Of a stretch of 64,000 nucleotides of DNA, positions 51,520 to 64,000 are shown one piece after another (the first letter of the stretch is position 1; each line of letters begins with the position of its first letter). Origin of the DNA: Nemertoderma westbladi (taxonomy: Eukaryota; Animalia; Xenacoelomorpha). Both the position numbers and the translations under genes were made by a program. The notes under the pieces were generated by a model. The model did not search any database, was not told the DNA's origin, and was given only the letters and a program-made list of their open reading frames with translations. The stretch lies in assembly GCA_032718475.1 (NCBI GenBank), contig JAUCBJ010007524.1:124001-188000 (forward strand), written 5' to 3'.

Positions 51520-54500
51520 ATGAGTGTCTCAGAGAAGGAGGCACTAGAGGACAGCTATGAGATGGCGGCTGGACCGCCGACTGACGATAGCGTTAATATT
51601 ACTGTTGACGACAATGCCGACTATGACGACGCAGCGAGTGACGCTGATGTAAGTGAACAGGAGGATGAGACAGTAACTAGTGAGGAAGAACAACAACCTC
51701 AAGTAATAGTATTAGGATCCCCTACCGCTACTGTAAGGAAGGATTGTACGGCAACCCGACCAGAGGTGAGTGATAGGGAGGGTAGTGTAGCAGAAGCGAG
51801 AGCCCGGAGCCCGGTTTCCAGACCTGTGGGTATGGTAAGTGCCGTGGTCCCAGCGGCTAAAAGGAGTACCTGTAGTTCCCGAAATAATCCTTCAAGTCCA
51901 CCAAGTGTGAGTCAGGTAAGCGAAAGAGAACTAGACATCGCGATAAAGAAGAAACTTCGCGCGCATGCCGGACATATAACTCGGACGGCGGACAAGGTAA
52001 GGAAGATGTTAGCCGACTCAGCGAACATCGGAAGGGAAGGGTTAGTAGTGATTAGAAAAGGATACAACTCAGCGTTATTCAAGCAGACGGAGGAGCTTGC
52101 AGTCCTGGCAAAGAAGGCAGTAGAGTCTCAGTCGAGCGACGTGGCGACGAGGATTTACGACAGGGTTTTAGCAGCCTTGTTGGAGCACCGCGCATTATCG
52201 GAGCGATTTTGACGAGTTAGGACGGAGAACTGGCTGCTATGGGCATCACAAGAGCAGGCGACTCAGGTGAGTGACGTAGAGTCGAGAGATTTAGTGGAGC
52301 GAGAAGAAACGCAGGATAAGGAGGAGCACCGTTATCAGCGGGAAGTTACCAGCTAGCTGATGCAGAGTGGTGTGGTGGTACCGGGCCAGGTGCTACCAAC
52401 AACGGACAACATCCAACAGAGGACGTTAACTCCACCCGACGACGCATCTAGAGACAGTGGCGATTCCCAGGTTAGTCACGCGCGAGGTAAAGTTATATGT
52501 GCTAGATCCCTTGTTTCTCACAACTCGGCAGAGGAGAGAAGACGCCGACTGGACGAACAGCAGGCGGAAGTTTTGCGTGCATCGGAAGCACGGAAGGAAG
52601 CCGAGCGGGAACGAGAGCGCACACGGAAGTTGGACGCGGAGCTACGAGAGTTGGAGGACATAAGTAAGCGCGAACGAGTGGAACGCGAGCAAAAAGAGCT
52701 CGAGCTTCAAGCCGAACGCGAGCGCAAGGAACTCGAGCGGGAACAGAAGGAACGCGAGCTTCAACTCGAACGCAAGCGCAAGGAACGCGAACTCGAGATC
52801 GAGAAAAGGAGATGCACGTTGTATGAAGAGAAGGCGCGAGTGGAAGAAGAGAGCGCAGCGAGACGAGCGAGGGAAGAAGAAGAACGTAAACTGGCGCAGT
52901 TGGAAAGTGCGAGATTGAAAGAGCGAAGAACGGACAAGAAAGGCGAATGAAATCGCCGAGAAGGGGATGCGAATGATCGAAGAATGTGGGGCGAGTGTAG
53001 GGACTGAGTTGCGAGAACTGTTCGCACTGCAGAAGGCCGAACAGGAAGCGAAAACTCCGACCATACGCGAGTCGACGACGACCAGAATTCCTATACCCGG
53101 TCCAGCTATTACGAGTACACGGATCGCTAAACCGTTCTCTACATATCGCACACCAGTCGGTATTAGTGCTTCACCTATCACGCAGAATCCAGCGCATCAT
53201 CGCACCGCACCACTATACACCGAACGAGACAACGAAGAGTTTAGAGGAGAAACTCCGATGGGCCGAGTATTGAGCGAACCGAACCCGCGGGTTTGGAATA
53301 CGCGGACGGAGCGCCAACCCAGTTCGACGGAGAACTTCCGGGTTAAACCGGAAGAGGGATCATATGAGAGACAGCAGATTACTCAGATAGAGCCGACTAC
53401 ACAACAGAACCTTAGCCAGGAATTTATTACGAGGGATGAGTTGAGTGCTAGTTTAGCGCAAGCTATATCGCCGCACATCCAACCTATAACGGACATGCTT
53501 AGCAACCTACGGTTAAAGGAAGCAGCCCAGGTAAGAAGTAATTCAAATCCTAGCAGGCCTGAGTTAGATAAAGTCCAACCTAGTCAACGAGTACGCATAT
53601 CGGAGGAAACTATACCACATAGACCTCAGGTAAGAACGCCTGTCCCGACTATCCATAATCCCGATTTCGAAAATTCAGCCGAAAGGTTTATTCAGGACGC
53701 TTGGATCAGGGCCTCGGCGCGCAAACCATCGCGAGCGCTAAGGACTGACACCAAATCAAGTGATGAAGAGGAAGACATGAGACGTCAGAAGTCCCGAAAC
53801 TATAAGGAAGGAAGGATGGATGCGGAGCAGGTAAGTTTGAACCACCGGGAAAGGACCAGACTTAACAACCCTGCGGAACTAAACCATTTGTTAACCCGGA
53901 ACGACGCAACCCTTAGGGACATAGGTAAGTTTGCTGCTAGGCAAGGACTGCCGACGCAACAACCCCAGAAGTTTATGGGTAACCACAAGCACTGGAGGAC
54001 TTTCAAAACCTATGTTGACGAGCAGCTGACCAACAGCACCTTTACTCCCAACGAGAAGTTCAACTACTTGCTTCAAATGCTCCATCGAGAACCTAGAGCC
54101 ATTGCTGACAACTTCGTCGGCAATGAGAGAGCATTCGAGTTAGCAATGAAGACGCTTAGCGACATCTACGGGAATAAAACCAAGATGGCACAGTCGATAG
54201 TGGAAGACTTGGGTAAAGGCAGAAAGATTACAACTCCGCTAGAGCTGTTGAACCTAACAAACGCTATTTCGAATGCATTGGACATCTTGAGGACGGTGAA
54301 TCTACCTCATCATGGTGATCACGCCGAAGTTTTAAAGAGCGTAATAAGACGTTTAAACATGCGTTATTGACAGAAATGGCGCAAATTAGAGAATAAGTTG
54401 GAGGGTCAAGGTAAGGTGTTGACACTTCAGCATATTCATGACATGATAGCCACAGACGCAGTAGCAGAGATGAAATCAAACTTCTCAGAAGAGAATATGA

Positions 54501-57500
54501 GAGAGTCTAAACCTGTTACCGATAAGTCTATGGTAAGTTTTGACGATGACAGGACCACTGTGACATTTAGCTCAGTAGACAGATATAATTCGAGTACCCC
54601 AGCCTTTAGATCAGACTCGCGAGTATGGTCAGGTGAGCGGTTAGATAGACCTAGGTTAAAGCAACAGGAGTTGCCGGATGGATTTGTAGGTTGCCAATAC
54701 TGTTTACTAAAGGAGGTAAGATCTGACGACCATAAGTTAGATAGTTGCAGACGGTTCAAAGAATTAACTTCGGAACAGAGAAGAGTTCAAGTGCGGACGT
54801 TGGACACCTGTTGGGCATGTCTTGCGCCAGGTCATGTACGGCGGCAGTGTCCGAACAGCAAGGACGGATGCATGGAATGCGGCAGACTACATCACAAGTT
54901 GCTACATGCGGATTTCCACACCCCAACGGACCGTTACTTACAGCGAAATCCTCACAGGAAGGGGAGCAAAGAACCCGTATCGACAAGGAGAAATATGTTC
55001 ACCGGCATTCATGACGACGGTTATCAACCAGGTTCGTCGGACGAGGATGGCGAGTCGAGCGCGAGAGAGGTGACCTGCCAAGGTTTCACCGCGGATAGTT
55101 CATCGACCAGCGCGCGGACGTATTCATCATCGGCAACGTCGGAAATATTTAGCGTGATTCCGGTGAAACTTACTGGAGATAAGGGATCGAAGCGAATATA
55201 TGTGATGTTGGACACTGCGTCCACATTATCGTATATCGACGAGGAAGTGACGAGAGCCGTTTCTAGCTTCCAGGACGCCGGGGAGATACAAATAGAGTTG
55301 AAGTCTATGCACGGGGTAGGAGACCTCAAGGGACACAGAATTTCGGTAGAACTAGACTCCCTACTTCCGAGAGACCAGCATACTCGACAAGAACGAAGAG
55401 CTTTGCCATTGGACAGATTTAAGTGTCTAGCTATGAAGGGATTCGGCAGGCAGTTAGGTAAGGTGCCACCGATGAGTCCCATAGCACAGGAGTATTTTGA
55501 CAAACTCAGAATACCCAGACACCAGGTAGGTTATAGGAATGTTTCTATGTTGATTGGTGCAGAACAGCTGATCGCACACCAAATATGGGAAACGAGACCA
55601 GCTGAGCCGCATGTCAATGGACCACATGCCCATAGGACTATACTAGGTCGGTATACAAGAGTACCCATGTCTTATGAGTTTACAGGTGGCGACAAGCCAA
55701 TAGACAGATACGACGAATTACAGCCTATAACTGAACCACCGTTAGTAGAACCACCAGACATAGACGAGTTTAGGAGAACCTGTATTGACCACTATAGTGA
55801 CTTTAGCGAGTCGGACGAGGAGTTGATTCCCGATAATGTTAGGTTGTCGGAACCACTTCATAACGACCAGACAGATAGTGAACCCGAGGACTACTGTTAT
55901 CAGACCCATGGGTCTGGTTCAGCGGCCCACGCTACCTATTTGAGTAACGTTTTGACTTATACCGACATAGTGGAGGGTCAATTGGCTAAATATCGAGACC
56001 TCGACATTTTCCAATACAGTGAGGAGGAATTACAGAAGGAATTGATACGCCAGGACCTCGAGACAGGAGCCAGAACCGTCGAATGGCTGGATAGGGATGC
56101 AATGGAACCCGGTGGATATGACCTAGCCATGTCCACTGACGAGAAACGGTCGCTGGAGATGATGGAAGACACCATACGTCTGCTACCGACAGGACATTTT
56201 GAAGTTGGAATGTTGTGGCGTCGACAACCTCCTAAGTTGGAGAACAACTACAGCTTAGCCTTGAAAAGATTGAACGGAGTAAGGGCTCGGTTGTTGAAGA
56301 ATCCAGACGTTAGGGAGAAGTATTGCGCCCAGATCAACAACTATTTTGCCAAGGGATTTGCTGGGAAGGTAGAGGACCCTGACTTAGTGACAGACCAGAC
56401 TTATTACCTCCCACACCTCACCATTACCTCACCCTGACAAGCCTGACAAAGTCCGAGTAGTCAACGACTGCGCAGCAGTCTATAGAGGTATGTCCCTGAA
56501 TTCAGAGTTGATGGACGGACCCAACCTGATTAACTATTTGATAGGAATACTGTTGCGTTTTAGACAGCGGCGATTCGCATTTACTTGTGACATCGAGGCG
56601 ATGTTCCACCAGGTAAGAGCCTGTAAGGCAGACCAGGATAGCCTTCGATTTCTCTGGTACGAGAATGAAGACTTATCCGGCCCAGTGGTTACATACCAAA
56701 TGTACGTTAGGATATTTGGTGCCCGCGATAGTCCGAATGGCACGCTGTTTGTTTTAAAGAAAACGGCAACAGCCCAGATTGGTAAGTATCCAGTAGAAGT
56801 GATCGAGTCCATCTTGAGAAACTTCTATATGGACGACGGATTGGTGTCCAAGGACACAGCGGAGCAAGCTATAGAAGTAGCTCACGGCCTGCAGGAGTGC
56901 TTGGCTACAGGGGTTTTTCCTCTGACCAAGTTCACTACCAACTCGGAGGCCCTATTAGAGTCGTTCCCGGTAAAGGATCGCGGGAGTGGAGACATAGAAT
57001 TGGGGGTAGAACCCATCCCCATGGCGCGAGTAAGGGACTCGCTTGGAACCCGAACACGGATAAATTCCAGGTAAGAGTTAGGTTTGAGTCCAGTAGCCCA
57101 GACAAAGTTTTGACAAAGAGAATTTGCTTATCGACTTTAAGTAGACTATTTGACCCGATAAACTTTATCAGTCCAGTAATATTACAGGCACGAGCGTGCA
57201 TGAGGAAAATTTGGTTGTCCGACTTAGAGTGGGACGAACCAATATCTCCTATACATGCGAAGCAGTGGAGAGAGTGGGAAGCCGAGTTGCATCTATTGAA
57301 AAATATAGATGTACCCCGTTCCTACTTTCCGAATCAGCTGGTATTCCCAGCTGATCTCGAACTCCACTTATTCAGTGACGCAAGTGACACCGGATTTGGT
57401 ATGGTAGCCTACCTTCACCGAGAAGTGAGTCAGGATAAATTTGAGATGGCTTTTGTGACTTCTAGATCAAAGACAATGCCGGTCAAATACATGACTGTCC

Positions 57501-59784
57501 CTCGTGCAGAGTTACAGGCGGCTGTAGTTTCAGTCGAGGTAAGTAAGCGGATAACAGAGGAGTTAGACACGACATTGACCTTATTCTATTGGACGGACGC
57601 ATCCTTAGTGTTAGTATACATTGCGGCCGACAATATTGCACTAAAGACATTTGTGGCCAACAGACGCGCTCAGATCGTTGACTTTTCGACGAAGGAACAA
57701 TGGAGACATTGTCCGGGAGTGTTAAACCCGGCCGACATAACTTCGAGAGGTGCAATGCCGGCGGAATTCTGTCAGGAAGAGTCGCAGGAGTTTTGGTTGC
57801 ATGGACCTGATTTTCTAACGAGGACACAGGAACATTGGCCAGAGCGACTGAAGATAGTGACCAATCCGATGCCTGAAGATGCAGAAGTCAAAGTGGAGAA
57901 AGTCTCTAAGTCAAAGTCTAAAGCCAAACTCAAGTCATTGGAGCGGCCTGAAGAGTCATTGGAGCGGCCTGAAGAGTCATTAGAGCGGCCCGGAGACCTG
58001 TCAGACCAACAGACTTACGTGACTACTAGGTCCGGAAGGGTAAGTTATGACGTAAAACCACCCTTACAGACTAAACCAGAGTCACAATTGGTAAGTGACG
58101 GACAGAAAATGACCGACACAATGGAGCCTTTGGTTTGGATTCGAAACTTCCATTAGCTAGCGGGCAACCGTCGCTGGCATTAGAGCCATGTAGTATTTAT
58201 GACAAATTACTAAATTCGTCTGCCTCTTGGCTGACAATTTGTAAAAGAACTGCGTGGTTAAGCTGATACATTTCGTACCTTTGTTTAAAACATTCGAAAC
58301 ATTTGGGAGAACAATTGAGCACTAATAGTGAGCGAATTCAGAAATTGAAACAACCTCTGACAGAGGATGAGATTGATCAAGCGGAATTAAGGCATTTGAA
58401 GCATTATCAAATGTGTGCCTTCCCGAAAGAATTCCATCGATTATCGGTTCAACGATCAGTTCTCTATAAACCCCTTAGAAAATGGAGTCCATTAATCCAT
58501 AAGGGTTTGATTTGTCATAGATCGAGAATCCAGACTGTCGACATAAACTCACAGTTTAGGTTCCCAGTGATAATCCCTAGTCACCCAATAGAATTGCAAA
58601 GAGCGATTCTATGGGATATACACAAGAGGTTGCATCACGCGGGAAAGTTACACTGTTTGTCGGCAGCGAGACAGCGATTCATTCTATTGCAGCCAAGCAG
58701 GGCAGTAGGCACTATGTACGACGCCTGTCTGGTTTGCAAGAGGGTGAACGCCAGAGTATTAGAACAGGTGATGGCTGAACTCCCGGAAGCGAGAGTGCAG
58801 GCATATGACCCACCCTTTACGAACACAGGGGTGGATTGTTTTGGTCCGATTGAGGCAAAGAGTGGACGGCTGACCCACAAGCGATGGGGCCTGCTACTGA
58901 CATGCATGGCTAGTAGAGCCATACATAATGAGCGTGTGGCAGACATGTCGACCAAATCTCTGCTCCTGGCCTTAAAGAGATTTATGGCCAGGAGAGGACT
59001 AGTAAAGGCGTTCTACTCCGATAAGGGTACAAACTTTGTCGGGGAGAATAGCGAGTTGAACGCGGCTCACAAAGCAGCACAGAATAAAGAAATTTCTGCA
59101 GCACTTTTGCCGCAAAGAATAGAGTGGAGATTTAATACTCCAGAAAGTCCTTGGAGAGGAGGAAGTTGGGAGCGTTTAGTTCGCTCTGTAAAGCAGGCCA
59201 TTGCTAAGACGTTGCCTGTAAATAAACAACTTACCGATGACAAACTGGTCACAGCTTTCATCGAAATCGAGCATACACTGAACTCGAGGCCGATAGCTAT
59301 GTTGCCAGACGGTGTTGCATTAACGCCGAATCATTTGCTAATGCAGAGTCCAGCATTTCTTGTGCCGGCATCAGAACCCATTAGTGCCGACCTATATAGT
59401 CGTAAAAGCTGGAAGGTGACACAATTAGTAGCATACACATTCTGGGAATATTGGCGGGAATACTATCTTCCCACCATATCTACCAGAACAAAGTGGTACA
59501 AAACGGTTCGGAGTCTCCAAAGGGGAGATTACGTATTGATAACCGAGCCGATTGTCAAGAGAAAATATTGGGAGACGGGAGTTATCTTGCACATACACCC
59601 AGACGTGCAAAACATAGTGCGCACAGTCACTGTGAAAATTAGGTGCAAGTGTCCGCACCCGAAGAAGTGTAAAACTAATGGTTTACACACCTTGGACCGA
59701 CCAGTCCAAGATATTGTGTTATTAGAAGAGACACGCATCGAGACAGGAGATTATAATTTGTCTCCTGCCTCAAACAAAAATTAG
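51520..59784 (+). pseudogene. BEL/Pao gag-pol polyprotein (DUF1759-like Gag, 3 zinc knuckles, aspartic protease, RT, RNase H, integrase), interrupted by stops and frameshifts
   Basis: PQKFMGN..W..F; CxxC knuckles ~54690-54910; MLDTASTLSYI; YYLPH, DIEAMF, FYMDD; LHLFSDAS, PRAELQAA, WTDA, NPADITSRG; HHCC; VDCFGP, SDKGTNF, GGSWERLV; FW.YW.EYYL. Confidence 0.93.
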
Positions 59785-60558
59785 TGTTAGACGCAACTCA
59801 CTTCGTATGCATTCCTCGTATGCAAATACTAGGAAATGCATAGGAGCGGGTTTGTGGTGATTTGCGTTGAGTTTTGTCTGGTGGGTATCAAAACAAAATT
59901 TTATTTTCAAAAATTTTGGAAAATTAAAAAATTAAAAAAAAAAAAAAATTAGAAGTGAACCCAAGACAATTCCAGACGCTGTGTATAGACGCGTTTTGAA
60001 TTCGTCTATAGATAAACTGTAATTTGAAAAGTCGTGAAGCCTGGAAAATAGCATTTAGAAACCATGGTGACGGCTATATTACGTGGGTGTGTAAATTGAG
60101 TTTAGCAACTTCCACGGATTGGTGCCAACAGTACAACTAAGGTGCTAAAGGTTAGTAGCACCAGGGCGTACACGGACCCCACTCAGTAGTTTGCAGTGAA
60201 GTGTGATGTTCGATTATCAAACCTGTGGGTTTGGTATAGTCGAGCGTTGAGACTATTGTCCTTTCTAACTACTTTAGTTTAGTACAAGTAATGGGAGTAG
60301 TTTGGGCATCAAAAAGTGAGTTGGTCACGGCCAGTTTACCTCCAAAGTTTTGCGCTATGCATGGGAATAGGTTAGAGGATAGTTAGGAATGAGACGGGAT
60401 CTAGAGAGTCGAACCTGAACTGCTGGAAGGCGGGGGGGGGGGGGGGGGGGGGGCTCAAGAGGTCTGTCCTTCGGCGACATCTAACTGATTTACCCACAGT
60501 GTAATTAGTCACGTAACGGAACTTATTGGGATATATATATGTATATACGCGGATTGTA

Positions 60559-61955
60559 ATGGAGAAGGGAATTAGAGCCCAACCGCGGAGAGGATTTACT
60601 GCCAGAGAGGAGGCGGAGCTACCATTTGCCCGACCGGGATGTAAGGATTCAAATGTTTACTACCATGGGAGGTCGGTAATGGAGCTAAATGGGAAGTATA
60701 AACCCGCTTATGATAAATAATTAAGGAGGGAAAGAATGAGAGTGTTGGGGGACCGTATGGAAGTTTTGTGGAAGGAATATCGCACTCGGTATCCCTACGA
60801 TTTCGCGTTAGACGTATGCGACATTAGCGCAGACCCGGATGAGGAGATTGCGCGGCTGTACCATATGAACATTTATTTACGACATGAAGAGCCTCTACCT
60901 GCAGTCCGAGATCAGTTCGACGGAATGCATCTGTATCAGAGGACTCGAGGCGAGGATCAAGAGACGTCGAAGGTCTTCAGTGTATACAAGTTGTTCTACA
61001 AATGTGGTGAATGCATGAACAAACAAGACGTAGCGATTCCCGACCGACTGGACGAGCAACATCCTGAACCGATATTAACGCGATGCCAAGCTCACCAATT
61101 CCTTAGATATAACGAGGGAGGTTACCCAATGAGCAACCCGATGATCAGTATCGACTTCAGCGGAAAGCGACCTCCGAGACCCATTACACCGACCGTTATG
61201 ACTTTAGATCCGTATACGGAGATTAAACCTGTTCGACACCCGCTTTGATAGACACGGCGGCGGCCATTTCGCTATACCGAGCCTATAAGGACCTAGAGGC
61301 GCGGCGCGAAGCGGCACGGGACTCGAGTTCCTTGGACCACGTTCACTTTGCTTCACCAGGAGAGGAAGCTCAAGCCTGAGTATCCAGACGAGATTCGCGC
61401 CATCCATCCGTCTACTAACCATACCCATGATCCGCGATTTATACGATATTTACTCCAAATTATTTCGGGAAGTTTCGACGAACGTATTATTAAGCCCGAA
61501 TATGTCCAATCCTTTATATATCATCGTCGCTCTGATATATACGTCTAGAATTATTATCCAGCGCACAATTGGCGGCCTAAGGAGACTCGTTTGGGGTCAT
61601 TGACCTTTGAACGAGTGGAGGATCAGGACCGCCGCGCCCACAGCGACAACAGCCGGAGCTCACAGCTCGCGGCAAGTGCCAGAAGGAGGAGTCCTTGGCA
61701 AGCGTCAAGCCAAGGACGAGCAGTTCCATTCTACAGTTGAAGAAAGAGGAGTTGGCGGAGGCGCCCACAGGGACACGGCAAATGGGACGAGGCCGAGGGA
61801 GGAGCACCAGTCGGGAGATAGTCGGTGCCCAGGGAACGTCGTCGCCGGTTCCGGGAAGTGACGCCTCAAGGACGCCGTCAACAGAGTCTACAGGGGGTAG
61901 ACTGGTGTATCTGGAGAAGGGAGCGAGCCCGAGAGACCCAGGAGCTAGCCGATGA
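60559..61955 (+). pseudogene. Additional ORF3 of BEL copy B (unknown function), with in-frame stop at 60718 and later frameshifts
   Basis: Pieces 60559-60720 and 60736-61248 match 20680-21414; 61348-61548 and 61695-61955 are probable continuations. Confidence 0.65.
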
Positions 61956-62509
61956 GACTATAATATCACGGAGCGACAAACTCTAGACATATACATCATC
62001 GTCGCTCTGATGTATATCATAGGTTTTGATCAATCATTCGACTGGACTCATATACACAAGTCGTATCCATATTTTAGAATTTTATTTTCGAAGGCCAAAA
62101 AATATTGAAAGGAAATACTTTTACTTTATAGTCCGTTGGAAATAGTAAATACTTTATACTATATTTGATTTTGTGCATATGACTTTATTTGCTCTAAAGT
62201 TTATTGAAAGAGGCAAAGGAAGTGATTGGGGAGACAAACCCGCGGGTTTGGCTTACTCCTTTCACTTACCTGAGCAATCATCAAACCAAGATGATTTGCG
62301 TTTTTTATAAGAAATTAAGTAAAGTCCGAAAATGAAAGAAATTATTACGTAATTTATATTTAATTTAATTATCGGCCTTTAATGCAATTTAGTTAAAAAT
62401 TTAGCCTCAAATACGTTTATATTTAGTTTATCTTGTTAATGTTGATCGTTAATTTGAGATGGGAAATGGGGGACATTGTCCTAGCCATGTTCCATTTCAA
62501 TAGGTAGAC

Positions 62510-62715
62510 CGTCAATTTGTAAATAAATAAAGGAAGATAATATTTTGTAAATTTAATTTGTATGTAGTAATCATTATGTAGAACGAATGAGAAACAGTAT
62601 TTTTGTAAATTTAATTTGTATGTAATAATCGTTAACATTGAGAGAGATAATATTTTGTAAATTTAATTTGTATGCAATTCATTATGCAATATCTATAGCA
62701 ATATTTGTAAATAGT
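62510..62715. repeat. AT-rich repeats (TTTGTAAATTTAATTTGTATG) in the BEL 3' UTR
   Basis: Three full and two partial copies. Confidence 0.75.
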
Positions 62716-62846
62716 AGAATTATTATACAGTAGTTTCAAGTTATTTAGATTATTTGAAAGAGATTTATTTTGTTTTGTATACATCGCCTTACACTCTTCT
62801 ACAATTGGAGGGAAACATTGCTTGATTTCCCTTGGCCTTGGAGCGG

Positions 62847-64000
62847 TGTTACGGTATATGGCGCTGTACCTACATTATGTAATATATTAGTCCGTTATAC
62901 TGTACATATATTAGTCCATCATACAGTATAATATATTAGTTCATTATATATATAGTATCATATATTAGTCCGTGATGCAGTATAATTATTTAGATAAGGC
63001 ATAACGCGCAATGACATTTAGATAAGGAAATTGAAACGCCCATATATTTTGAACTCATCCATTTTGTATAGTATGTAGCCCTACCTATGTAATTTTGTAA
63101 TAGGATATAAGTAGATAGTTCCAGGGTAGCAAGTCCTTGTTGGACCCTGGATATGGGCTTGCCGTTATTAGCCTTGATGGGTCTAGCTACTGGTTTTAAT
63201 TTCTCTATAATTGCGCTAAATTAATATTTGTGCATGGTATTATTAGTACCGCCAAATTAAGCATCGGGAAAATTACCTTTTATGGTGACAATTTGCGATT
63301 CCAGGGAGCAATAGGTTCACAATCCGGCTCTCTTATTGGCCTAACTGCTTCCAGGTTGGTCTAATGATAGCTCGGATTGGGGAGCCAATGAGAGATCGAT
63401 TGCATCACCCTTCTCAAATCACCTATAAATTGGCGTTTTGCCGGCACACCTTCAGTACATGTCACCTTCACCTTATTCCCTTATCACTGTTCAACTATTA
63501 TTCGATGCTTAGTTTTTCTGTGTAAATTACTGCCCTTTTGATTTTCTTGCAATGATGCGCTAATTTGCAATTTCTATTGATTCTTGTTTGTGTTTCTCAA
63601 TCAATCCCAACGATTACTGTTAATTACAAATTGGATCTATGATTTCTACCCTTTAGTAAATGGCTCTATGTGATTCCTTTCGACACAATAATCCTACGGG
63701 AATTCTTAGACTGTCAGACTTTGTGATTTGCATGTGCCGCTACGGTAGCTATTCATTCTGATGGAGGGCTAGGGTACCGGTAAGCGCGGCGGGCGCATTG
63801 GGGGGTTAGCGACGACGGGAGTGCGGAGGATTCAAAGACAAGCAACATTGGGGGGATTACTATTGCGTGTGCAAGTTTGCAGCGTAGAGTGGGTCAGGTA
63901 CGCCGGTTCAGTAATTAGGGGCTGATGATCCAGATTTTGTCTCTATTTTGTAGTATTAGGGGGACAGGAATCGGGTTAGTTAGGAAGCCTAGATGTAACC
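62847..64000 (+). repeat. 3' LTR of BEL copy B (truncated by window end)
   Basis: Direct repeat of 48145-49294, starting TGTTACGGTATATGGCGC. Confidence 0.95.

Larger units (their letters stand above)
48145..64000 (+). mobile_element. BEL/Pao LTR retrotransposon copy B, near full length (~17 kb; 3' LTR runs off the window)
   Basis: LTRs at 48145 and 62847 (~8 substitutions and a 4-bp indel over ~1150 bp), gag-PR-RT-RH-IN order, extra ORF. Confidence 0.95.

Noticed and set aside
60559-61248. ORF3 as an envelope glycoprotein
   Set aside because: No signal peptide, TM anchor or Cys-rich ectodomain pattern visible
61945-61990. Possible hammerhead ribozyme core (CCGATGAG...ACAAAC)
   Set aside because: Lacks exact CUGANGA and GAAA boxes and a convincing stem II

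Overview
AT-rich eukaryotic (metazoan-like) genomic DNA dominated by transposable elements. It holds two diverged copies of one unusually large BEL/Pao LTR retrotransposon family on the + strand. Copy A (1280-21790) is deleted and carries three nested insertions: a solo LTR, a truncated LINE, and a young 7.3-kb pol-less LTR element with matching LTRs. Copy B (48145 to beyond 64000) is near full length. Between them lie a ~4.25-kb tandem duplication containing a CR1-group LINE with a 2A-like peptide, other LINE and Harbinger fragments, and one host gene: a 3-exon LITAF-family gene on the - strand. Main novel signals: (1) neither LTR family has a tRNA primer-binding site. Instead, the 9-10 nt right after the LTR are complementary to a sequence inside the LTR, with compensatory substitutions between the two BEL copies, suggesting Tf1-like self-priming in BEL/Pao. 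(2) The BEL family has an extra, non-env ORF after pol whose differences between copies are mostly synonymous. (3) The nested pol-less element encodes a large, mostly disordered zinc-knuckle protein followed by about 26 covarying GGYAC/GTRCC hairpins that resemble hairpins in the host element's 5' leader. All coordinates were read by eye and no database search was run.
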